Assembly: GCA_963664015.2 (NCBI GenBank)
Contig: CAXXLF010000002.1
Coordinates: forward strand, 1,984,001 to 2,048,000
Reading direction: 5' to 3'
DNA length: 64,000 nucleotides
Origin: Candidatus Binatia bacterium
GTDB lineage: Bacteria > Desulfobacterota > Binatia > UBA9968 > CAXXLF01
The notes under the pieces are model-generated. The model did not search any database. It was not told where the DNA came from and saw only the letters and a program-made list of their open reading frames with translations. Shown here piece after piece: positions 1 to 9,207 of this stretch (positions within the stretch are counted from its first letter, which is position 1; every line of letters begins with the position of its first letter). A program made the translations under genes and the position numbers.

Positions 1-339
1 ACAGTCGACAAAGATCTCAACAAATCGACCAATCTCTTTGCGTATTTCTTCGAGAGGAAGTCGCTCTGGTGTGATCCAAGGCACGACGGCAACACCGCCG
101 CACTGGGTGATCAATCGGGCAATATAACCGAGCCGGCGCGTAATTTGATTCTTACCCTCTCGGTTAAAGCCTAGATCCGGCATCAGCCTCGACTTCAATT
201 CTTTTCCGCTGCTCGGCTCCAGGAGAACGGCTGGGTAGCCTAGTTCAAGCAGCCGTTTTTTGACCAACTCAGCCAGCGTGCTCTTACCCGAGCTTGCCAA
301 CCCTATGATCCAAACAGTAAATCCTTTTTCAGGCTCCAT
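1..339 (-). CDS. Adenylyl-sulfate kinase-like P-loop kinase, 3' end outside the window
   Basis: Manual translation from ATG at 339 (missed by ORF track): MEPEKGFTVWIIGLASSGKSTLAELVKKRL...DLGFNREGKNQITRRLGYIARLITQCGGVAVVPWITPE...RFVEIFVDC; the GFTVW..G..SGKST, DLGF and FVEIFVDC segments match CysC. Confidence 0.75.
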   Translation of the reverse strand, partial: MEPEKGFTVWIIGLASSGKSTLAELVKKRLLELGYPAVLLEPSSGKELKSRLMPDLGFNREGKNQITRRLGYIARLITQCGGVAVVPWITPERLPLEEIRKEIGRFVEIFVDC

Positions 340-533
340 GGTGGTCGTGTTTGCGACAGTCGAGAAGCATCTGGGATCCATCTCAATAGCTGGATCGTTG
401 TCTATCCTAATCAACGCGTGAATATAAGGGAATTCGTTAGGCAGGACAACTCTAAATTCAAAACCTTTCGACTAGCGAAAGGTCCTAGAAAGCACAGTAA
501 ATATCTGATTTTAAATAAAACCGGCCAAAGGCT

Positions 534-562
534 TTGACTGTATGTGGCTAAATAGTTAATAT
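534..562 (+). promoter_or_regulatory. Putative sigma70 promoter of the acyltransferase gene
   Basis: TTGACT-17 nt-TAATAT in an AT-rich intergenic region. Confidence 0.45.
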
Positions 563-597
563 GTTAACAATCATTTCTTGGGCCCCCTACCCCTGGG

Positions 598-1596
598 ATG
601 GTAGATCCGAACTTTAGAAAGGCAATGAATAATAAACCCTTCAAAACGGCAAAGAAGTTTATCAAGAATGCCTCCCTTTGGTGCCTCTGTTGTTTTACCA
701 AGAGTATGATGGCGCTTTTCAGGAAGACCTTCCAACGGATGCCGAGTCTATTTAAAATCCTGTCAGGTTCCGTGCTAGGCGGCCTTATGCGTTTTCTCCT
801 GCCACGTAGGCGAGTCATCAGGAACCTCAATCGTGCCTTTGGGGAGGCCTATTCCCCAGCTACCAAAGCGGGAATTGCCAAAGGGGTTCAGTCCAATTTT
901 TCAAGGAGTATTCAGGACTGCGTCCTCCAATGGTTGCAGCCTGAATTTGTTCACGATCGGGTCAGAATCTCGGGACTAGAGCATCTCGAAGCAGCTCATG
1001 CCAAGGGCAAAGGAGTCATTGCCCTCGGCGCTCATATTGGCAATTTTGCTCTTGTTGGCGCAAAGCTCGGCCGCCTGGGCTACCCATTTCATACCCTTTT
1101 CAAGCTTCCAAAGGATCCGGGCTTTAAGGCTCTCATTGAAACACTTCCTGTGCTTTTCCATCAACGGATCATTTCGGCACGCCCCAGGAGGGCTGCTGTA
1201 AAAAGGGTCCTCGCCGCACTGGAGCAAAACGAGATTGTTTTTATCCTTGCGGACAACCTTAAAAAAGGGAAAATTGAGACCTCTATTTTCGGACGACGGG
1301 TCCTCACACCCCGCGGTCCCGTAAGCCTGGCGCTTCGGTCCGAAGCAGCGGTTCTCCCCGTCCACCTCATTCGGAATTATGAGGGTAATCTGGAACTCGT
1401 GATCGAGGCTGAAATTCCCATGGAACGAGAAGGCAAATTATTAGAAGATATCGTCCGTAATACGGACAACACCATGGTACACCTGGAGCAGGTGATTCGT
1501 AGCTATCCGGACCAGTGGAACTGGTTGACCGTAAAGATGCGTGAGAAAAGGGAGCCGGTTGCCCTCTCGGCCGGCGTCGGGCTAACCGGTCGTTAA
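598..1596 (+). CDS. Lipid A biosynthesis acyltransferase (LpxL/HtrB family)
   Basis: GLEHLEAAHAKGKGVIALGAHIGNF, ILADN and YPDQWNW motifs; true start may be a downstream Met. Confidence 0.8.
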   Translation: MVDPNFRKAMNNKPFKTAKKFIKNASLWCLCCFTKSMMALFRKTFQRMPSLFKILSGSVLGGLMRFLLPRRRVIRNLNRAFGEAYSPATKAGIAKGVQSNFSRSIQDCVLQWLQPEFVHDRVRISGLEHLEAAHAKGKGVIALGAHIGNFALVGAKLGRLGYPFHTLFKLPKDPGFKALIETLPVLFHQRIISARPRRAAVKRVLAALEQNEIVFILADNLKKGKIETSIFGRRVLTPRGPVSLALRSEAAVLPVHLIRNYEGNLELVIEAEIPMEREGKLLEDIVRNTDNTMVHLEQVIRSYPDQWNWLTVKMREKREPVALSAGVGLTGR

Positions 1597-1690
1597 GTGC
1601 CATCCATACCCTAACCCCGCCTTAGCTAAGTCCCAGTGTTCTACAACCTCCGAGGTTCCCTCGTATGGGTGGTCTAGATTAACAGAAAAA

Positions 1691-1990
1691 TTAAACGGTA
1701 GAGACCTTTATTCCAAAGTGCTTTACCCAGTAGTCGGCCGTATAGAGCTTTTCCGCCTCTTTCGCCCTATCTTTCTGCTCAGGGCTTTTGGCATAGTTCT
1801 CCATGTTCTCCTTGGTTTCCCAGAGGCTGATGGAGATACCTTCGTTGGGATCCTCAACCCCGCGTAGCAGCCGTTGCCCACGGGATCCTTTGATCTGCTG
1901 GCTTTTAGGCACAACGATCTTATCATAATCTCGCTCGTACTCTTCCCACATCCCTGGCTGGAGCTTGCCCCAAACGAATCTTGCGTACAT
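1691..1990 (-). CDS. Antibiotic biosynthesis monooxygenase (ABM)-like dimeric alpha/beta barrel protein
   Basis: About 99 aa, MYARFVWGKLQPG...GISISLWETKENMENY pattern; GGAGG RBS upstream. Confidence 0.65.
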   Translation of the reverse strand: MYARFVWGKLQPGMWEEYERDYDKIVVPKSQQIKGSRGQRLLRGVEDPNEGISISLWETKENMENYAKSPEQKDRAKEAEKLYTADYWVKHFGIKVSTV

Positions 1991-2176
1991 CAATAGCCTC
2001 CTTCCACAAGTACGATTTTAATTTTTCCGACGGTGTATGGGCTTCGTAATTTTCGATTTTATCCCTGAATCGCTACCTCTCTTGTCTCACTTGATGCTGG
2101 GAAATCAAGGGGATTTCTCCCATCCGTAGGACTTGCGAACGGTGCCATCCTGACTTATCCTGTACCAGGTTGAGCG

Positions 2177-2275
2177 ATGGAAAAGATTGTTCATTCCCCC
2201 TTACACGGTATCGATGAAAACACCGCACTGCGGACGATCCTAGAGGGGACGGCTACTAAAACCGGGAGCAAGTAG
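2177..2275 (+). pseudogene. N-terminal remnant resembling GAF-containing sigma54 enhancer-binding proteins (FhlA/NifA-like)
   Basis: Manual translation MEKIVHSPLHGIDENTALRTILEGTATKTGSK*; LRTILEGTAT.TG resembles the pre-GAF helix of such regulators (recalled, not searched). Confidence 0.45.
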
Positions 2276-2359
2276 AAGGGTTAATACGCAGCCGAAGTCG
2301 GACTAAGCTCGTTCCCGGATAATGTCTGCGGCACTCGATTTATCATCAAGGGGGAAGCA

Positions 2360-2884
2360 ATGGAAAGGGAAAAGCTAAAACAAGCCGAGGCAACCCAGCG
2401 GGACAAAGACCCTCAATACGAATTGGTTTTGCAGCGCAACGCCGCTATTAGGGATCGAGCCAAGGCAGGCAAGATTGTCATCAAGGGGAAGGAGAGACCG
2501 TGGCAGCAGAACAGGCAGTCACTAGTCAAGATGTTTCTCTCCGCCCACGGTATCGATGACACGGCCGCACGGAACTGGACCTGCTTCATTCACGACGTGA
2601 AGGTTCACTCGGGAAAACACCGCCACCAGGGTGGAATTCAGTTATTCGTGCTGGAAGGCGAGGGATCTACTTTGGTGGATGGAGAAACGGTGGAATGGGA
2701 GAAGTGGGACCTTATTATCCTTCCAGTAAAGCCCAACGGTTGTGAACACGAACACTTCAACAGATATCCAGGGCAAGCTGCCAAATGGATGGCCTTTCAG
2801 TATTATCCCTTCACCGAGGTGTTGGGGAACATGTTCGAGCAAGTCGAAAACTCTCCCGACTGGAAAACAGACAAAGACAAGTAG
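2360..2884 (+). CDS. Cupin domain protein
   Basis: SGKHRHQGG..LFVLEGEG...WEKWDLIILP...EHEHFN cupin motifs 1 and 2. Confidence 0.8.
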   Translation: MEREKLKQAEATQRDKDPQYELVLQRNAAIRDRAKAGKIVIKGKERPWQQNRQSLVKMFLSAHGIDDTAARNWTCFIHDVKVHSGKHRHQGGIQLFVLEGEGSTLVDGETVEWEKWDLIILPVKPNGCEHEHFNRYPGQAAKWMAFQYYPFTEVLGNMFEQVENSPDWKTDKDK

Positions 2885-2999
2885 CGGCGGATGGCCCATT
2901 CTAATTTCATTGGCAACCTTACCGAAAAACCCTTCCTTCGGCTAACTCCTATCCTTTTTAGCTCCATCGAAGCCGGGTCCGTAGGGAACGTTCTTGGCT

Positions 3000-3542
<543 letters not shown>

Positions 3543-3971
3543 TTAGATTTGTTTAAGGTGATTCCCTATTATAAATACGTACGTATAGTCAGGGTGCGAT
3601 TGTGAGAGGGCGGCAATCGAAACCTGGGCGATTGGATCGTCGAATTGAAATACCCGCGAAACTTGCACGCACTGCTCAGGGTTTAGGCAAAGAATCAAAA
3701 TAAGCTTGGTAGGAGAAAGGGGGAAACCGCACCCAGGGTAATAGGCCTACGAAGAAGGCCATGGGCGTAAGTCCATCTGGGCCGCAAATCGCGGCCCATT
3801 GTTCTCATCGTTGTCGGGAAGGATGCCGTGACTTCCAACGGAAGGTGTTCTGGGGGGTGCCCCTCTGTCAGCCACGTAAGGGTTTCTCAGAGATCCATCG
3901 TGCTTTCAATCTGTTTTACGTGAGTCTTCAGCCACGCCGATCACGACCGGTGCATTTGTTTTCTGTACGAC

Positions 3972-4349
3972 TTATTCGAACGGGAGTCGCCGTTTCTCGA
4001 GCTCCTGGGCTAAGGCTTGACTCCCGCGCCATAACACGGGGATCCCGGCGTTGATGGCGGCAGCCTCAAAGAATTCGAGAATCTCCCGCGGCCTTGCGCC
4101 GTAATCCAGCGCCTTGCCCAGGTGTCGTACCATGCCGCCCCAGCTCCGTTGGGAAGCGGCGGAAACCATGATCACCATCTCTTTGGTTCCACGGGAGATC
4201 GCACCGTCGGATCGTGCCAGGACCGCGTCAGCATAGAACGCCTTGAGACCGGCGAGACATTGGGGGTCATAGCGCCGGATGAGGTCCACTCCCGAGTCGT
4301 CTCCCTCTCCACGGGTTTGAATCAGCTCCTGATAAGTTGAATCCTCCAT
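3972..4349 (-). CDS. Carboxymuconolactone decarboxylase/AhpD-like family protein
   Basis: GAISRGTKEMV...RHLGKALDYGARPREILE...AAAINAGIP signature. Confidence 0.75.
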   Translation of the reverse strand: MEDSTYQELIQTRGEGDDSGVDLIRRYDPQCLAGLKAFYADAVLARSDGAISRGTKEMVIMVSAASQRSWGGMVRHLGKALDYGARPREILEFFEAAAINAGIPVLWRGSQALAQELEKRRLPFE

Positions 4350-4440
4350 CGGTTTTTCTCCTTTGATTTTTCCTGACCTTGGGGCAGGGCCTTGGGTTTG
4401 TGGGTGCTACCGGTGATCGCTAAAATGGGCCGGGAGTCCA

Positions 4441-4511
4441 TTGGTTAAAGTTTGGTTAAAGAAGCTGAGGGTGGAAATGATAGGTGCACTGTATAAGTTA
4501 TTGAAATTAGG
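4441..4511. repeat. att-like scar at the tRNA-Leu 3' end
   Basis: TAAGTTATTGAAAT next to the tRNA CCA end, and tandem direct repeat TTGGTTAAAG x2 (4441-4450, 4452-4461) resembling tyrosine-integrase arm sites. Confidence 0.4.
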
Positions 4512-4598
4512 TGGTGCCGGAGGGGGGAGTCGAACCCCCACAGGGTTGCCCCTACTGGATTTTGAGTCCAGCGCGTCTACCAGTTTCACCACTCCGGC
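4512..4598 (-). tRNA. tRNA-Leu (anticodon CAA)
   Basis: GCCGGAG acceptor stem, D-loop AACTGGTAGAC, anticodon arm CTGGA-CTCAAAA-TCCAG, long variable arm, GGTTCGACTCC T-arm, encoded CCA. Confidence 0.97.
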
Positions 4599-4749
4599 AT
4601 AGCGTGCCAATTACCAAGATAATTATCTCCTTTTCCCGACCTTCGCAACCGGAGAGCCATCCTTCCACCAGTTGCGGATTCCCAGGAGGCTGTGGTATCG
4701 TCCGGGCCATTAGAGGTAGGGAGACATAACTGCGAACAAGGAGGTTCCC

Positions 4750-5166
4750 ATGGCTATCCGAGTTCTACATGCCCTGAACAGGCTTCATGAGACAAAGAAG
4801 AGGGAGGTCATCCATAATACCCCGAGAATTCACACCTGGCTCCACACCTACCCCAAACCCGGCGATAAGGACGACATGCACTGTCACCCCGGCGATCAGA
4901 CCTTCTTTTGTTTAGAGGGGGAATGCACCATGCACTTGCCCGACGGTAGGGCGGAGGTGATGACGCCCGGAATGATCGCGCTCATCCACGGCGGGGACTT
5001 CTATCAGTTGGAAAATACGGGAGATGGCCCCATGTACCTGATCGGGCACCGCACCGGCAGGTCCGAGGATAACAAGCACATCAACTACGATACGCGCAAA
5101 GACCTCAACGAGCTTTCGGTCGAAGAAAGGGACAAAATCCGCGACAACGGGAGGACTGCCACCTAA
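4750..5166 (+). CDS. Cupin domain protein
   Basis: MHCHPGDQTFFCLEGEC...PGMIALI...YQLENTGDGPM; GGAGG RBS. Confidence 0.8.
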   Translation: MAIRVLHALNRLHETKKREVIHNTPRIHTWLHTYPKPGDKDDMHCHPGDQTFFCLEGECTMHLPDGRAEVMTPGMIALIHGGDFYQLENTGDGPMYLIGHRTGRSEDNKHINYDTRKDLNELSVEERDKIRDNGRTAT

Positions 5167-5192
5167 ACGTGCTGTTGGGGTATCATTTCTAT

Positions 5193-5721
5193 CTACTGAT
5201 GAGGCTTCGGTGAGTCTTTGACTCCGAGCTCGGCCCCACACTTCAGTAGTTTGTCCCAATCGGACCCGTCGATTCCTATCCCTTCCCTGAGGTGGAGTTC
5301 CGCTCTCCTTCTCGACATCTCGCCTGGATAGGAGAATTTCGTTAAAACCTGGGGCAGGCTTTTTCGATTTGGTGAAAGTCGCCAGCTCGTCCACTTTTTT
5401 GAAAAAATTGTCCAGGGGCAGAAATTCTTCCACATCGAAGGTCTGTAGAAACACCCCGTTGGTTGCTGCCCCTCCCTTGTCCCACCATCCCCTGCCCAGT
5501 CCGGTTCCCGAGAGAATTCCTCCAAGAATCTCGCTAACTAGATTCAACCCTGAACCTTTGTACCCGCCAAAGGGGAGGATCGAACCCCTGGGTGCGCCAA
5601 TGAATGAACTGTATTCTGTCGTGGGTTCGCCATAGCCGTCGAGCATAAACCCTTGCGGAATCGGTTCTCCTATTGAGAATTTGTTATGAAGTTCCCCCAT
5701 GCTGGTAACAGCTGTGGCAAA
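5193..5721 (-). pseudogene. C-terminal half of an Ldh_2 family (malate/L-lactate/ureidoglycolate) dehydrogenase, frameshifted
   Basis: DFATAVTSMG, LDGYGEPT, LPFGGYKGSGL motifs; frameshift near 5330 joins EIL to YPGEMSRRR...EGIGID..W in another frame; N-terminal half absent. Confidence 0.8.
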
Positions 5722-6357
5722 GTCGAACATGCTTTGTGCCGTTTCCGCCGGGAACTACATAATCGATCTCTTGCTCATGCGGTTTCGGAGGTGTTCCGGA
5801 ATGGGAACGATGTCAAAGCGCGGGACCATTAGAGACTTGCCGGTCTGTTTCCGATGGCGTCGTCCTTCCTCTAGCATGTGGGTGCAACGAGACCAGGCCT
5901 CGGGAGTTGGATGCTGGCGTCGAAACTTGCGTTCACCGTCGCCCCACCCACCGCACGAGATCACTGCCGCTACACGTTCATCTGCACCGGCCGTATAAAT
6001 AGCTACCGCGGCACCAAAGCTGCTACCCACTAAGGCGATACGTGCAGCGTCCACGTCGGTTCGGCTGGCCAGGTAAGTCAGCGCACTGGAGGTGTCCGAC
6101 ACCTGATCGAGGCAAAGAATGCGACCGGATTCACCTCCGCTATCGCCACAGCCGCGGAAGTCGAATCGCATCGTTACATAGCCCCAGCGGATCAGTTGAT
6201 TGGCGATGGCGGTCTGCCCCGAGCCTTCTTTGTTCCCGCCGAAGCCATGGAGGACAAGGAACGCAGGGCGACGTTCGCCCAAGCCAAGGTGTTCGGGCTT
6301 GGCGACCACGCCGCTTAAATTTAGACTATCGGAGAGAAAGCTGACTTGCTCTTCCAC
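5722..6357 (-). pseudogene. Alpha/beta hydrolase, truncated by nonsense codon and deletion
   Basis: LHGFGG, FDFRGCGDSGG, GSSFG nucleophile elbow; TAG at 5755-5757 followed in frame by FPAETAQSMFDF; catalytic Asp/His half missing. Confidence 0.75.
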
Positions 6358-6425
6358 GGGAAGGACTAACTATCCCCAAACGAAGTGAATGTCCATCCCC
6401 GTAGGGGTGGTGAGGCGCCTCTGAT

Positions 6426-6832
6426 CTACTGGACCATGGTAGGCTTGAGTATCACTACCTGGAGTGGAACAACGTGCAAGATCTGTTCGTTATGGGCCAA
6501 GACCAACTCATACATCCCTGGCCGAGGGAACTTTAGATCGTCAAAGGTAAGATTTAAGTTGGCCACAAACCAGCTGGTTACTTCGTCTTCTTGTCTACCA
6601 TTGGCCACCCCGCGGAATTCAAAAATATTCTGGCCTTGGCTGGTCCTGAGCCTCACTGTAAAGGGATGGCCCCCCTCATTCTCAAAACCTATTTTTGCAA
6701 AGAGTCTGAAACGTGGGAGGGGCTTCGAAAAATCGGACACCATAAATTGGCTGAAGATCCCCATCAGGCTGAACTTTCCTCTCATCTCATCCCTGACATC
6801 ATCGCATAGAATGGCTAAAAGAACGCTGGCAT
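6426..6832 (-). CDS. DUF6941-like small beta-sandwich protein, apparent 1-nt deletion just after the start
   Basis: LAILCDDVRDEMRGKFSLMGIF...FPRPGMYE pattern; RBS AAGGAG plus ATG at 6832 is one base out of frame with the body. Confidence 0.55.
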
Positions 6833-7192
6833 GTTTGAAAAACGACTCCTTTCCGTGATGCAGTCATCTAGACCATCTTTTCTCCTGCGATCCGGGAATG
6901 CAAATTCAAGGGGGCAAGTCCATTCGGCCAGCCCGCGTCTTTTATTATCGAGGCTTTGGTTAGCTTATCCCCGACTTGGTAGCGAAAGAATTATTTAGGA
7001 TCGCGCCATTATGGGAAAACCTCGAGCCATGAGACCTCTTTCCCATGGCTATTAAATACTTGACCTGCTGTAACGGCCTGTGCTTAGATACTGAGGCTGC
7101 GGGAGGCATCCACTACCATTCTTTAATTGTGTTGGTGGAATCTTGCCAATGCCACTCGGGCTGATTTCAAACTGGATTGAGGAGGGCGACAG

Positions 7193-8245
7193 GTGGCTGG
7201 ATCGACTGATGACGAGTATCTGAAAATGTACATGGAGCAAGTGAGCTTCGCCAAGGAGGAGTTGGAGCGGAGAGCCAAGGCTCCGGTTCATATACCCCGG
7301 GAGAAGCTTGATCGGGAGTTCAACGGTCACAACTGGGTTCTCATTGTGGACCCGAGGATAGGTTTCAACTCCAAGATCATTCGATTTTGGATCAACGGCT
7401 TCCCTCCAGGGGCGGAAAATAATTATTGGAAAACCATGGGCCATCGCCACACGGTGGAGGCGGTCATCTACGTGGTCAAGGGCTTCGGCTACAGCATTAT
7501 CGATGGCGTGCGGTACGACTGGGAGGCCGGCGACATCATATGTGTCCCGGTCTTCGCGTGGCATCGCCATGTCAATCTTTCGGACGAGGACATGGTCTAC
7601 GTAGCCTCGACGACGGGCCCGCTCTCGATGGGTATTGGTGTCGCCGTTTATGAGGACGAGCGCTACCCCGAGTATTGGGTCTTTGCCCAGAAGGACGAAG
7701 AAGCACGACAGAGTCTGGTCCCCGGGGCCACCGAGATCCCCGATGCTCAAAGGGGCATACCGTCGGGGATGGATCTGGCCCAGTTCGACAATTCGACGGC
7801 GGCCAAAATCTACTTTGATCAGCTTCAGTTCGCCGAAGAGGAGGAGGAAAGAAGGAGAAAGGGCAAGGTTCTGGTGAAGGGCAAGGACCTCAAGTTTGAA
7901 AAGACCCCTATGGGTTGGGTTGCCCCGGTGGTGGACCCCAAGCTGGGCTTTCACGTCAAGGTAATGTCGACCCTCGTGGCCGAGATCGAGCCTGAAAAAA
8001 AATCTGGCGCCCATCGGCATTACTATGAAGAGGTCAATCATATCCTATCCGGCGAAGGCTACAGCATTATCGAAGACAAGCGCTATCAATGGAAAAAAGG
8101 GGATAGTTTGGCGATCCCCGTGTTCTCATGGCACCAGCACTTCAGCACGGGTAAGGAACCGGCCCGTTTCCTGGTTCATACGGGTCGTCCCGCCATGGAG
8201 AACATCGGACTCATGATTACGCAACAAGGTGAGCTTGCTGATTGA
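7193..8245 (+). CDS. Bicupin (gentisate 1,2-dioxygenase-like fold) with two putative metal sites
   Basis: GHRHTVE...WHRH and AHRHYYE...WHQH; duplicated halves; GGAGG plus GTG start. Confidence 0.8.
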   Translation: MAGSTDDEYLKMYMEQVSFAKEELERRAKAPVHIPREKLDREFNGHNWVLIVDPRIGFNSKIIRFWINGFPPGAENNYWKTMGHRHTVEAVIYVVKGFGYSIIDGVRYDWEAGDIICVPVFAWHRHVNLSDEDMVYVASTTGPLSMGIGVAVYEDERYPEYWVFAQKDEEARQSLVPGATEIPDAQRGIPSGMDLAQFDNSTAAKIYFDQLQFAEEEEERRRKGKVLVKGKDLKFEKTPMGWVAPVVDPKLGFHVKVMSTLVAEIEPEKKSGAHRHYYEEVNHILSGEGYSIIEDKRYQWKKGDSLAIPVFSWHQHFSTGKEPARFLVHTGRPAMENIGLMITQQGELAD

Positions 8246-8284
8246 GCGTGTTGGCTTTTTAAGGGAGTAAAGGGAGGATTTACA

Positions 8285-9046
8285 ATGGGTCAGAAGCTTT
8301 CAACCGATGCGGCCAAGGCGGCGGTCGATGATCTTTACAGTAAGGTTGCCGATCGATGGCAACAGGTGGTTACCCAGGGCGAGTTTATGACGTCTCTTTC
8401 TACTGGAGAGCTTCCTCGAGAGGCTATTAAATTGTTCTTCCGTAACTGGGGAGCTTACACCATCGAGATCAATACCATTGTGGCCTCGACGTATCAGAAA
8501 CACCTCACGTTTTTTAAAAAGCACCGGGATCTGATGGCGCCTATGGGAGAGAAGATCGCAGATGAGTTTATGCATCCCAAGCCTCCGGGCCACTTTCTGG
8601 TTATGCTGCAGACCGCCAAGGCGCTAGGGATCACCGAAGATGAAGTGTTCATGCAGCCTCTCCTGCCCATGTTCCGCGGTAAAATCGATTTTATTCGGGG
8701 CCTACTCTACGAAGGGTCCGTCGCTGAATGGTGGTCCTCCATTACAACCGAAGAGATGATCGGCTACTGGTCTAGGGATTTTCGAGCCGCACTCACGAAA
8801 AAATACGGCTTCAGTGATCAGGAGGCGACCTACTTTGGTACACACGAGGAGGCCGACTTGGCCGAGCATGAGGACGGGGTCATGGCCCATGGATCGTTCA
8901 ATCGGGCCATGCTTCAGCGTCTCTTGGAAGACGGGATGGCAGAGGAACGGCCCGGGTACGGATTGGCCTACTGTTCCCAGACTTCGGTGGACCTTCACGC
9001 GCAAATGCTCCAGTCGGCCTTGGAGGCATATAAGAAAAGAGGTTAG
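8285..9046 (+). CDS. Heme-oxygenase-like diiron enzyme (TenA/PqqC/CADD superfamily)
   Basis: Helical protein with DEF..PPGH, TTEE, KKYG and YFGTHEEAD...H, matching the CADD-type ligand arrangement. Confidence 0.75.
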   Translation: MGQKLSTDAAKAAVDDLYSKVADRWQQVVTQGEFMTSLSTGELPREAIKLFFRNWGAYTIEINTIVASTYQKHLTFFKKHRDLMAPMGEKIADEFMHPKPPGHFLVMLQTAKALGITEDEVFMQPLLPMFRGKIDFIRGLLYEGSVAEWWSSITTEEMIGYWSRDFRAALTKKYGFSDQEATYFGTHEEADLAEHEDGVMAHGSFNRAMLQRLLEDGMAEERPGYGLAYCSQTSVDLHAQMLQSALEAYKKRG

Positions 9047-9207
9047 TCAATTTCTGTGGTGACATTTGAGTCTTGGGTCGGGAACCAAGACTGCGAGTCC
9101 AATTGACACCGATGGTGACGGGCGTTATTGGAATCAGTTTTTATTTGGGAATTTGTTATTATTTTACGTGCCATTCTGAGATGAAGCTAAAAGGAGACAG
9201 AATCAAA

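Noticed and set aside
3673-3689. NtrC-like site TGCTCAGGGTTTAGGCA upstream of the P-II gene
   Set aside because: Only the outer TGC/GCA match well and no correctly spaced sigma54 -24/-12 promoter was found
4407-4729. ORFs of 67 and 72 aa overlapping the tRNA
   Set aside because: Translations of the tRNA-Leu sequence
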